Shown piece by piece: positions 19,941 through 28,533 of a DNA stretch of 64,000 nucleotides (within the stretch, counting starts at the first letter, position 1; each line of letters begins with the position of its first letter). The position numbers were made by a program, and so were the translations under genes. Under the pieces are notes generated by a model. The model searched no databases. It was not told the DNA's origin and worked only from the letters and a program-made list of their open reading frames with translations. Origin of the DNA: Planctomycetota bacterium (GTDB lineage: Bacteria > Planctomycetota > PLA2 > JAEUHO01); contig CBDCWP010000034.1 of NCBI GenBank assembly GCA_965223505.1, positions 32,001 to 96,000 on the forward strand, written 5' to 3'.

Positions 19941-21395
19941 TCAGCGACCCTCACCGGCATCGCGGCGCGGATTCTCCGAGAGGGCGTCGCAGACTTCCTC
20001 GGGCCGTCGCCGATGGAACCACCACATCGGCAGCCCCAGCGTCAGGACGGCTTCCAACACGCGTGCCTTCGCCACGCCCGTGAAGAAGAGCATCAGCGAC
20101 ATCGACAGCCAAACGCTCAGTCGCCGCAGCCGATGCCCCGGCGAGAGGAGGAACACCGCGGGAAAGAACATCCCCAGATACCAGGGATGAAACGCCGCGC
20201 TCGCCACGCACAGCAACACGAACAGCGCCGTCAGCACGTCCTCGAGGAACGCACGCGCGTCGTATCGGGCTCGACGCGACGCCTTCACGATCAGGGTCGC
20301 GAAGAAGCCGAGATAGCCGAGCATGAACAGTGCCCTCAGCGACAAGGTGACCGACCCCGCGCTCGGCCCGAGCGTCGGCACGGCGCGTGCCAGCGCGGCC
20401 CACGCATAGCTGAGTGCCGCCTGGAACGAGTTCCAGGGGGTCGTCAACGTGTCTCCGATCTCCAACCATCGAATGTCCTGCCAGTCGCGCAGGTAGGGGA
20501 TGGAGATCATCGCCGCCATCGCCACCGCCAGACCGAAGCTCGCCGCAGTCCGCCTGCCTCCGTGCTTGCGGAGCAGGTGAATCGCGGCGAACGGGAGCGC
20601 GACTGCCGCAACGTGCTTGATCAGGACGCCCGCCGTGAGCATCGGAACGACCCACATCCACTGTCCGTGCAGTGCCGCGCGGAACGACAGCACCACGAAC
20701 AACGCCATCCATAGGTCGTTGTGCCCATTGGCAACGAAGTGGAGCACGATCAACGGACTCCACGTGAACGCGTAGACCGCGAGGTCGGGCCGGGCGAGAT
20801 CCAGCTGGCGACTCGTCGTCCAGATCAGGCGGCCGAGCAGCAGGATCAGCGCGACGTTGAGCAGCTTGAAGAGCAGCAACGTCGCCTGCGGGTCGCCTGC
20901 GCCCGCCCAAGCGACCGCCCGCGTGAGGTGTGCGAACAGGAACCCGTACGAACACGGCGTCTCGGACCAGCGCGCGTCCAGCATCGCGTCGTCCTGAAAC
21001 TCGGTAACGTCAGCCGGCACGCTCGCGTACGGATTGAGCCCGTACTCGTGTTGGATCCACCCGCAGTTGACGTAGGCGTAGATGTCCGACGACTGAAAGG
21101 CCGGCGCCGGCAACGCAGCGGCCGCGATGACAAGCGCGCCGAGCCCGATGAAGCGGCCGCGTCCCCGATCGAGTGTGCGAAGCTGCCGGTGCCCTTGCCA
21201 GTAGAGAAACACCAGGACCATCACGCCCAGCCAAGAGAACAAGTGCCGCTCGAGGCGAGCGGTGCGACCTGGATAGAGGAACGCCCACGCCGCGTAGACC
21301 GTCGCGGTGTAAATCAGCAGGCGCAGATGCCCCGCGCGATCGGCGCTCAGCCCGACGCGATCGGCGAACAGCCCGATCCGGTCGACGATCCGCAC
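19941..21395 (-). CDS. GT-C membrane glycosyltransferase (GT87 / polyprenol-P-mannose mannosyltransferase-like)
   Basis: SSDIYAY...G.NPY, YG.LF, W.PL...NGHND, LIK, FHPWY; many TM helices. Confidence 0.8.
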   Translation of the reverse strand: MRIVDRIGLFADRVGLSADRAGHLRLLIYTATVYAAWAFLYPGRTARLERHLFSWLGVMVLVFLYWQGHRQLRTLDRGRGRFIGLGALVIAAAALPAPAFQSSDIYAYVNCGWIQHEYGLNPYASVPADVTEFQDDAMLDARWSETPCSYGFLFAHLTRAVAWAGAGDPQATLLLFKLLNVALILLLGRLIWTTSRQLDLARPDLAVYAFTWSPLIVLHFVANGHNDLWMALFVVLSFRAALHGQWMWVVPMLTAGVLIKHVAAVALPFAAIHLLRKHGGRRTAASFGLAVAMAAMISIPYLRDWQDIRWLEIGDTLTTPWNSFQAALSYAWAALARAVPTLGPSAGSVTLSLRALFMLGYLGFFATLIVKASRRARYDARAFLEDVLTALFVLLCVASAAFHPWYLGMFFPAVFLLSPGHRLRRLSVWLSMSLMLFFTGVAKARVLEAVLTLGLPMWWFHRRRPEEVCDALSENPRRDAGEGR

Positions 21396-21566
21396 GGCAG
21401 GCGGACCTCCCTCCCTCACCGGTCCCGCTCCGGCTCGTGCCCGTCCGCTAGAAACGCTCGTCGGGTCCCCGCGCGACCGCGCGCCGGCCGCGAAGGTCCT
21501 GGTCCGTCGGTCCCGAAGCGGCGTCTGCCGCGTCCGACGCCGTTCGCCCGGCAGGTCGGAAAGGAG

Positions 21567-21602
21567 TTGACAGATTCACACCGACAAGTATTTTTGTCGG
21601 TG
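21567..21602 (+). promoter_or_regulatory. sigma70 promoter overlapped by a perfect 9-6-9 operator
   Basis: TTGACA (21567) -16 nt- TATTTT (21589); CACCGACAA-gtattt-TTGTCGGTG (21579-21602). Confidence 0.75.
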
Positions 21603-21635
21603 AACGCTAGACACTGTCTCGGGAAGGACCCCGCC

Positions 21636-22469
21636 ATGAACGCCCCTGAATCCGATGCCCGCCCGCCTTTCGAGACCCAGATCGAGATCGACGCGCCCCG
21701 CGACGCCGTTTGGGAGGCCGTCGCCACCGACGCGGGCCTGCGTCGCTGGTTCGCCCCGGACACGTCGGTCGATCCGCGTGTCGGCGGCGAGATGCTTCTG
21801 AAGTGGGGGGAGTTCCACGTCTGGAAGCAGACGATCGTGGCGTACGAACCCGGGACCTACCTCAAGACGCGTTACGACTCGGGTGTCGATGACGGCGAGG
21901 GCGGGCAGCGCCCGCTCTTCGTCGAGTTCGAGCTCTCCGGCGAAGGCGGCAAGACGACCCTTCGGCTCGTTCAGTCCGGCTTCGGCCCCGAGTCCGACTT
22001 CGACGAGGAATACGACGCGATCAGCAGCGGCTGGCCCGTCGAGCTGCGCAACCTCAAGCTCACGCTCGAACGCCACCGGGGCGTGGACCGTCAGATCGCC
22101 AAGGTCGTCGCGCGGCTCTCCGTCGCCCCGGACGAGGCGTGGCGGCTGTTGCGCAGCGACGAGGGGCTGGGGTGCGGCAACCTGTCGCACCTCGAAGAGG
22201 GTGCGCCGTTCCGTTTCGTCACGTCCGAAGGCGACGAGTTCGAGGGCGAGGCCTTTCGCGGCGGCCCGCGCGAGATCGCCGGCATCGATCGCGTGCGCGG
22301 CGACGCCTTCGTGCGCTTCTCCGTCGAGACCATGGGCGGGCCGCACGCCTGGCTCTGGGTCGCCGGCTACGGTCGGCCGCAGGAGGAGATGGACACGCTC
22401 CAGGCGCATCTCGAAGCGATCGTCGATCGACTCGGCATCGCCCGCGCGGCGTCCCAGGAGGCCAAGTGA
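21636..22469 (+). CDS. SRPBCC/AHSA1-like domain protein
   Basis: IEIDAPRDAVWEA...L.RWF, DPRVGG, TTLRLVQSGF, GW; AAGGA RBS. Confidence 0.85.
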   Translation: MNAPESDARPPFETQIEIDAPRDAVWEAVATDAGLRRWFAPDTSVDPRVGGEMLLKWGEFHVWKQTIVAYEPGTYLKTRYDSGVDDGEGGQRPLFVEFELSGEGGKTTLRLVQSGFGPESDFDEEYDAISSGWPVELRNLKLTLERHRGVDRQIAKVVARLSVAPDEAWRLLRSDEGLGCGNLSHLEEGAPFRFVTSEGDEFEGEAFRGGPREIAGIDRVRGDAFVRFSVETMGGPHAWLWVAGYGRPQEEMDTLQAHLEAIVDRLGIARAASQEAK

Positions 22470-23098
22470 CCATCGCCGTCGACGTCGTCGAGGAAACCGA
22501 GCGCGCGAAGGTGTTGCTGGACCCTGTGCGGCTCGCGCTGCTCGAACACCTCGAGGAACCCGGCTCGGCCGCCGCGGTAGCGCGCCGCGTCGGGCTGCCG
22601 CGTCAACGCGTCAACTACCACCTACGCGAGCTCGAGAGCCAAGGGTTGATCGAGCTCGTCGAGGAGAAGCAAAAGGGCAGCGTCGTGGAGCGGGTCTACG
22701 GGCGGACGGGGCAGGCCTACATGATCTCCCCGTCCGCGCTCGGGTCGCTGGGGACGCGTCCCGAGGACGTCGTCGACCGGTTCTCGTCGGCGTATCAGAT
22801 CGCGCTCGCCTCGCAGGCGATTCGCGATCTCGGATCGGCCCAGGTCGCGGCCCGCGCCGCCGGCAAGAAGCTGCCGACGTTCGCGCTGGAAGTGGACGTT
22901 CGTTTCGCCTCGGCGGCCAAGCGCAACGCCTTTGCCGGGGAGCTCTCCCACGCCATCGCGTGCCTCGTCGAGAAGCACCACGACGAGCGCGCCAAGGGCG
23001 GCCGCAACTTCAGGTTCTATCTGGGCGCATATCCCCGTCGCCGGCCGACAGGGCTCACTGGAGATCGCCGCGGATCGCGGCAACGACCAGCACGATGA
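22466..23098 (+). CDS. ArsR-like winged-HTH transcriptional regulator
   Basis: DPVRLALL, RQRVNYHLRELE..GLIELVEE; GTGA overlap with the upstream gene. Confidence 0.85.
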   Translation: MTIAVDVVEETERAKVLLDPVRLALLEHLEEPGSAAAVARRVGLPRQRVNYHLRELESQGLIELVEEKQKGSVVERVYGRTGQAYMISPSALGSLGTRPEDVVDRFSSAYQIALASQAIRDLGSAQVAARAAGKKLPTFALEVDVRFASAAKRNAFAGELSHAIACLVEKHHDERAKGGRNFRFYLGAYPRRRPTGLTGDRRGSRQRPAR

Positions 23099-23648
23099 TG
23101 AGCGCAACGAGCACAATCGTCGCAACAGCGCTCGTCCACCATGAGAGGTCCCGTACGGTTTCACGCTTCGGCCGAAGGCGCGATCGGCGCTTGGCGCGAA
23201 TTCTCCGGACCCTAGCTCGGCCGTCCTCCCTCGCGAGCTCATCGAACGCGTTGGGGTACACCACACTCAAGGGGATACTGTTGCCGGCGCAGAAGAGGAG
23301 CCACAGCATCGACGCGCCCGCCCACTCCCCTCCACTGGCTGGCATTGCCGCCAGCGTCCAAATCGTCCAGGCAAGCGAACCAATCAGCAGCGAGCCCCAG
23401 TAGGTCGCGCACCACTTTCTGCGCTTCACGTAGATCCCCACTGCGATCCAGCCGGGGCCCGTGAAGAAGACCGCGGCTGCGACGACGGTCTCCGGCAACG
23501 TCGCCCACCTCTCATCCGACATCGCCTTGAGCCCTGCGAGAACGACGATCGCTCCGTAGGTCACCACCAGAGGGCGCCAACGTGACGGCGCACGGGGGAG
23601 GTATCTTCCGCAGGCTCCCGGACGTGTCGCCGCTGTCATTCGAGGCAT
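23055..23648 (-). CDS. Hypothetical membrane protein
   Basis: Several hydrophobic helices; start uncertain. Confidence 0.55.
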   Translation of the reverse strand: MPRMTAATRPGACGRYLPRAPSRWRPLVVTYGAIVVLAGLKAMSDERWATLPETVVAAAVFFTGPGWIAVGIYVKRRKWCATYWGSLLIGSLAWTIWTLAAMPASGGEWAGASMLWLLFCAGNSIPLSVVYPNAFDELAREDGRARVRRIRAKRRSRLRPKRETVRDLSWWTSAVATIVLVALIIVLVVAAIRGDLQ

Positions 23649-23718
23649 CGGATCGCGGTCGCGCCTCCTTCATGCATGTTCTACGTGCATATTCTACGAC
23701 AACTCGTAGCGACTCTTG

Positions 23719-24396
23719 CTACCGCAGCGTCTCCTCCCACCAACCCCAAAGCTCCGCGTCTTGCTTCATGCGGGACGACCGCAGCAGCCGCTTCGTCACC
23801 AGCGCGCACACCGTCAGTCCGACGCCCAGCCCCAGCGCCAACGGCCAACCGTTCGTGAATCCCAGCGATGCGCAGAGCAATGCAAAGACGACCCAGCGCA
23901 CGGGTGACCGCCGCGAAACCTCGCGCTTCCACTCGTCCACGAACAGGTTCTTCTGCTTCAGTCTCCGCCGCGAACGCCACCAGATCGCCAACGGAAACAG
24001 CGACATCACCACGATCATGATCACCGCGCCCTGAATGCGCTCCGACATGCCGTGCCGGGGGTGGGGGACGAACAACATGAACAACGCACCCGCCAACGCG
24101 AAGACGAGCACACCCACGCACAGCCCGACGAACCGCCGCCGCTCGAGCACCTTCGACGCCTCGTCTCGAAGCTGCTCCTCGAAACGCGCCACCATGGCCG
24201 CACGATCCGGCACCGGTGCATTCGTCTTCAGGCCGCCCAACAGCTCCTTCATGGCTTCCGTTCCCTCCACGTAGGCGTCGCCCTCCGGCGTTTCGAGAAA
24301 CGCCGCGACCGACGCTCGTTCGTCGACCGTCAACGGCTGCCCCGTCGTCATCTTCAGATAGGCCTCCTTCGAGGCACGCAGTCCGTTCGTACTCAT
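23719..24396 (-). CDS. Putative membrane anti-sigma factor
   Basis: ATGA overlap with the ECF sigma stop; helical N-terminus followed by about 4 TM helices. Confidence 0.6.
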   Translation of the reverse strand: MSTNGLRASKEAYLKMTTGQPLTVDERASVAAFLETPEGDAYVEGTEAMKELLGGLKTNAPVPDRAAMVARFEEQLRDEASKVLERRRFVGLCVGVLVFALAGALFMLFVPHPRHGMSERIQGAVIMIVVMSLFPLAIWWRSRRRLKQKNLFVDEWKREVSRRSPVRWVVFALLCASLGFTNGWPLALGLGVGLTVCALVTKRLLRSSRMKQDAELWGWWEETLR

Positions 24397-24911
24397 GCTT
24401 CCAGCTCCAGCCGTCGGGCGCGCAGCTTGTCCTCCAACGCCGCACGCGCGTGATACAGCCGCGACCACAGCGTTCCCTCCGAGCACTGCAACACGTCGCT
24501 CACCTCGCGACCGCCCAACCCCTCCAAGTAGAACAACACGAGTACCGCGCGGTGCGCCGGCGCGATCGCGCGGATTGCCGCGCGCACCTGTGCGGTTCGC
24601 TCCGTGGCCTCCGCGGATGACGGCTCGCAAGCCGCTTCGAGTCCCGGGTCGTCCAGCGGTTGCGCCGCGTGCCTGCGCGTTCTCGTCACGAACTTCCTGC
24701 ACGCGTTCACCGCGATTCGGAACAACCACGTCCTTACGGACGATCGACCCTCGAAGCGCGGCCACGCCCGGTAGGCCTGGAAGAACGTCTGTTGCGCCAC
24801 CTCCTCGCCGTCTTCGTCCGACGCGAGGATGCTGCGGCAAAGTCCACACACGGCTTCCCAGTGCTCGTTCATGACGGTTTCGAAGGACGGACGCTCACCC
24901 ATGGCACTCAT
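24393..24911 (-). CDS. ECF (sigma-70 family) RNA polymerase sigma factor
   Basis: EEVAQQTF, FEGRSSVRTWLFRIAVN, GTLWSRLYHAR. Confidence 0.92.
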   Translation of the reverse strand: MSAMGERPSFETVMNEHWEAVCGLCRSILASDEDGEEVAQQTFFQAYRAWPRFEGRSSVRTWLFRIAVNACRKFVTRTRRHAAQPLDDPGLEAACEPSSAEATERTAQVRAAIRAIAPAHRAVLVLFYLEGLGGREVSDVLQCSEGTLWSRLYHARAALEDKLRARRLELEA

Positions 24912-25399
24912 TAGATCCGCCGCGAGCACGCGACCTTGAATCGGATTTTCGCCGTTGCGGAAGGGGCTTTGGACACGCGACGAACGTCTGCAACAAATCC
25001 GCACACCGAGGCAAGCCGCTCCCGCACGACGTTCCCAGTGCGGGTGCCCCGCGGTTGCTCAAACGCGTAATTGACCGTCCTGCTCGAATCCTCCTTTGTC
25101 CACCCGGCTGGTTCCCGCAGGCGCCCATCTCCCCGAGCGAATTCGCGCAGGTCTTTCGGCTCGGGGAATTCGACCCTGTGCGCGCGCAGAAGGCCGGTTC
25201 GAAAACGCCATCGCGACGTATCCACCAATGACCCGTGGTCGCGGGTGTCCGGGTGGGGGCTCCCGGGCGACGAGCTGGACTTTCATTGAATCGGAGGAGG
25301 CCGACGAGACGCAGGTCGCTGGTGGGGCGGCGTCTGCTTCGAGGCCGACTTCTCGTTTGCCCCATGGCCGACTTGTGCGGTGTGGGGCTGGAGTACCCC

Positions 25400-27892
25400 A
25401 TGCTTCGACGCACACGTATCACCACGATCGTGACCGCCGTACTGGCCACGACGCTCATCCTGACCACCGCCTGCGGCGGCGGTGTCGGTGGCAGCTCCGC
25501 CGACCGACACGTCGATCGCCCGGTGGTTCGCAGCTTCTCGCCGTTCCTGTCACCGATCGACTTCGGCAACCTGCAGCAGAACCCCACGTTCTCCAACAAC
25601 GCGCTCACCAGCTCGACCGACCCGCGCTTCCCCGGCGAGATCGTGATCACGTTCCAGGAGAGCACCGTCATCGACTTCGGCACCGTGTTCCTCGGCGGTT
25701 CGCCCGCGCTCGGTGTCGATCCCTCCGCGCTGCAGATCACCCAGGAGATCCCCGGCGTCGGCAACATCACCATTCCGGTCGAGGTCCTGAGCGCGTCCGC
25801 GCCCTTCACGGACCCGGCCACCGGCCTCCCAGTGACGCCGACCGAGCCGCTCGATCACGTCATCCGTTGCCAGCCGCTGCCGCCGTTCGCATCCGCCGGC
25901 GCGGGCAACAACGGCACCGGCTTCGTCACCAACATGCCCGACGGCCAGTACACGATCGGCGTGTTCAAGAACATCCGCAACACCGAGTCGAAGGAGATGG
26001 TCCGTGGTCCGGTCTTCCACTCGTTCTTCGTCGGCGCGAACGACACGATCCGGCCGCGCGTCCTGAGCACGAATCCGGTCAACGGTGAGCAGAACGTCGG
26101 CGCCGGCGCGCCGCCGCCCGCGGCCCCGCCCGGCGTCGAGGGCATCGCGGACGTCACGACCAACGTGTTCGGCCCGACCTCGCCCGACATCACCATCCGC
26201 TTCACGGAGGGCATCACCGCCACGACCGTGAACGCGAACAACATCACCGTCGTCGATGCCGGCGCCTTCGTGCCCGGCGGCGGCGCGCCGCCCCAGCTCG
26301 CGCCCGCGCCCGGCTTCCCGAAGCTCAAGAGCGACAACGACCGCGAGACGCTGCCCTCGAACGGGCACGAGATCATCTGGCGCGTGGATCCCACGACCGG
26401 CGGCTTCCCCTTCGGCACGCAGATCCAGGTCACGGTGATCGGCGAGGACCCGGACACGAACGGCAACCCGACGAACCAGGCGCCCATCGCCGACCTGGCC
26501 GGGAACAAGATGGAGCTGTCGGATTCGTTCCAGTTCCAGACGGTCGCGCCGCCGGACCTGCCGAACTGCCCCTTCCCCGAGTACGCCATCTGGTGGTCGG
26601 CGTCGGACCGCGTCGGCGTCATCGACTCCGTGAACCAGCAGGGCCTGGCGGACCAGTTCACCGGTGCGCAGCAGTTCCCGCTGGGTGTGCCGGAGAACGT
26701 GCTTCCGCCGTTCAACGACACGATCGCGACGGCCGCGAACATCCCGAACTTCTCTCCCGGCGAGATCTTGATCGACACCCGCACCGCGTTCCAGACGCAC
26801 CACAGCTGGGCGTACGTGCAGTCCGCCGAGAGCGGTCAGATCGCGATCGTGCACACGAAGAACATGATCCCGGTCGCGTTGATCAACACGCCGACGCCCG
26901 GCGGCATCGCCACGCAGACGGCCAACCAGGGTGCCAAGGTGCTGCTGGTGACGAACTCGTCGGCGAACACGATCACCGCGTTCAGCCTGGCCAACATCAC
27001 GCCCGGGGTGCAGTTCCTCAACGGCCCGATCTTCATCACGAAGGTCACGCCCACGGGCAACACCCCGGCCGGCGTCGCGATCTCCGCGCCGCCCGCGCCC
27101 GCGCTCATTCCGGATCACTGGAACCGAGACGGTCCCTTCAGCGGGCCCGGCAACGAGGTGATCATGTACGTCGACAAGACGGACGGCGTCGTCAACACGA
27201 CCACGCTGGCGTCCGACGAGCCGGTCAAGCAGTTCGCGCTCGGCGTCGGCTCCGCGCCGAACGACATCTCGATGAGCCCGTGTTTCGGCGGGCCGGTCGT
27301 GATGTTCGCCGCGATCTCGCAAGGCGGCCTGAGCGGTCAGGGCAAGGTGGCGTACTACATCGCCGGGCCCGGCTGCACGACCGGGGCGAGCACGCCGCAG
27401 CGACCGGACAGCATCGTGGGCGACCTGACCGGCTTCGACGGCCCGGCCGGCCTCGACAACCTGTTCGTTCCGTTCAACAGCGCGTTCTGGGCGGTCGCCG
27501 AGTCGGGCACCGACTCCATCTCGACCCTCGGCTTCGTGACCGGGACGTTCAACATCCCGGACATCATCAGCCGCTTCGACAACGTCGGGAACAACCCGAC
27601 CAGCATCGCGCACCGTCCGTCGTACTTCCCGCCGTGCATCGCCATCGCGGGCTCGACGGGTTGCCTCGGGCCGCTGCCGCTCGGCTATCAGTACAAGGGC
27701 ACGCAGCAGCTGGTGAACCAGCGCGGCCTGAACGGCACGGACACCACGTTCGATCCTTCGACCGACCTGTACGTCTGTGCGCGCGGCGAGGGGAAGGTGA
27801 CCGTCATCGACCAGGTTTCGGGGGCGCTCAGCTTCTACAGTCCGATCCCGATCCCCGGGATCCGGCAGGTTGCGAGCACGGCGAGTCAGTAA
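25400..27892 (+). CDS. Large lipoprotein with Ig-like domains and a C-terminal beta-propeller-like region
   Basis: Lipobox TTAC plus Gly; DTIRPRVLSTNP..G, ITIRFTEGI, IADLAGN (Big_5-like); VTNSSANTITAF and GN.P repeats. Confidence 0.8.
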   Translation: MLRRTRITTIVTAVLATTLILTTACGGGVGGSSADRHVDRPVVRSFSPFLSPIDFGNLQQNPTFSNNALTSSTDPRFPGEIVITFQESTVIDFGTVFLGGSPALGVDPSALQITQEIPGVGNITIPVEVLSASAPFTDPATGLPVTPTEPLDHVIRCQPLPPFASAGAGNNGTGFVTNMPDGQYTIGVFKNIRNTESKEMVRGPVFHSFFVGANDTIRPRVLSTNPVNGEQNVGAGAPPPAAPPGVEGIADVTTNVFGPTSPDITIRFTEGITATTVNANNITVVDAGAFVPGGGAPPQLAPAPGFPKLKSDNDRETLPSNGHEIIWRVDPTTGGFPFGTQIQVTVIGEDPDTNGNPTNQAPIADLAGNKMELSDSFQFQTVAPPDLPNCPFPEYAIWWSASDRVGVIDSVNQQGLADQFTGAQQFPLGVPENVLPPFNDTIATAANIPNFSPGEILIDTRTAFQTHHSWAYVQSAESGQIAIVHTKNMIPVALINTPTPGGIATQTANQGAKVLLVTNSSANTITAFSLANITPGVQFLNGPIFITKVTPTGNTPAGVAISAPPAPALIPDHWNRDGPFSGPGNEVIMYVDKTDGVVNTTTLASDEPVKQFALGVGSAPNDISMSPCFGGPVVMFAAISQGGLSGQGKVAYYIAGPGCTTGASTPQRPDSIVGDLTGFDGPAGLDNLFVPFNSAFWAVAESGTDSISTLGFVTGTFNIPDIISRFDNVGNNPTSIAHRPSYFPPCIAIAGSTGCLGPLPLGYQYKGTQQLVNQRGLNGTDTTFDPSTDLYVCARGEGKVTVIDQVSGALSFYSPIPIPGIRQVASTASQ

Positions 27893-27922
27893 TCGCCGGG
27901 CGCGCCTCCACGAGGCCGTGGA

Positions 27923-28462
27923 TCACGCCGATTCCTGCTTCGCCGCCTGACGCTTGCGTCGCCGGCGACGGACCATCGGCGTGATCCACAGCCACAGCCC
28001 GCTGAACACGAGAAACATCACGCAGATCGCGACCAACGGCATGACGTAGTCGTGGAAGGGCTTCCCGACCCACGATCCGTCGTGGATCTGCTCCAGCCAG
28101 TCCGACGTGCGCGTGTCCGTGCTCAGGATCGCGCCGGTCACCGCGTCGACCTGGATCTCCGCGTGGTTGTGCTTCGATCGAACCTTGTAGACCCGCCTGT
28201 CCGGCCTGACGTCGATGCGGTCGATGTCGTCGGGCGAGCGGAAATCCGGATGATCCGCGGCCTGCACGCGCTGCCACGCTTCGTCGATGGAGATGAACTC
28301 CTCGATCGTCCCCTCCGCGCCCTTCTGCGTGGGGGGCTGGATCCAGTCGAACTCCTTCTTGAGCAGCAGGAGGAAGCCCGTCACCGCCGTCACGGCCAGG
28401 AAGGTCGCCGCGCACACGCCGACCCACTTGTGCGCCTTGAAGAAGAACCGAAGCGTGTTCAT
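27923..28462 (-). CDS. PepSY-associated TM helix domain protein
   Basis: HKWVG...TGFLL, IDRIDVRP, VDAVTG, IHDGS, SGLWLW. Confidence 0.85.
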   Translation of the reverse strand: MNTLRFFFKAHKWVGVCAATFLAVTAVTGFLLLLKKEFDWIQPPTQKGAEGTIEEFISIDEAWQRVQAADHPDFRSPDDIDRIDVRPDRRVYKVRSKHNHAEIQVDAVTGAILSTDTRTSDWLEQIHDGSWVGKPFHDYVMPLVAICVMFLVFSGLWLWITPMVRRRRRKRQAAKQESA

Positions 28463-28533
28463 CGCCGCGGAATGCTACACCGTTCGCGCGCTTTGTCGTG
28501 CGCGCATGAGTCCGAGGCCGGCGCGCATGGTGG

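Noticed and set aside
9617..24911. Prophage or ICE integrated at tRNA-Lys (or tRNA-Tyr)
   Set aside because: No integrase, phage or conjugation genes, and I could not find a duplicated tRNA 3' end
24912..25399. Riboswitch or ncRNA in the long intergenic region
   Set aside because: No recognisable aptamer consensus by eye; an Rfam/Infernal scan would be decisive
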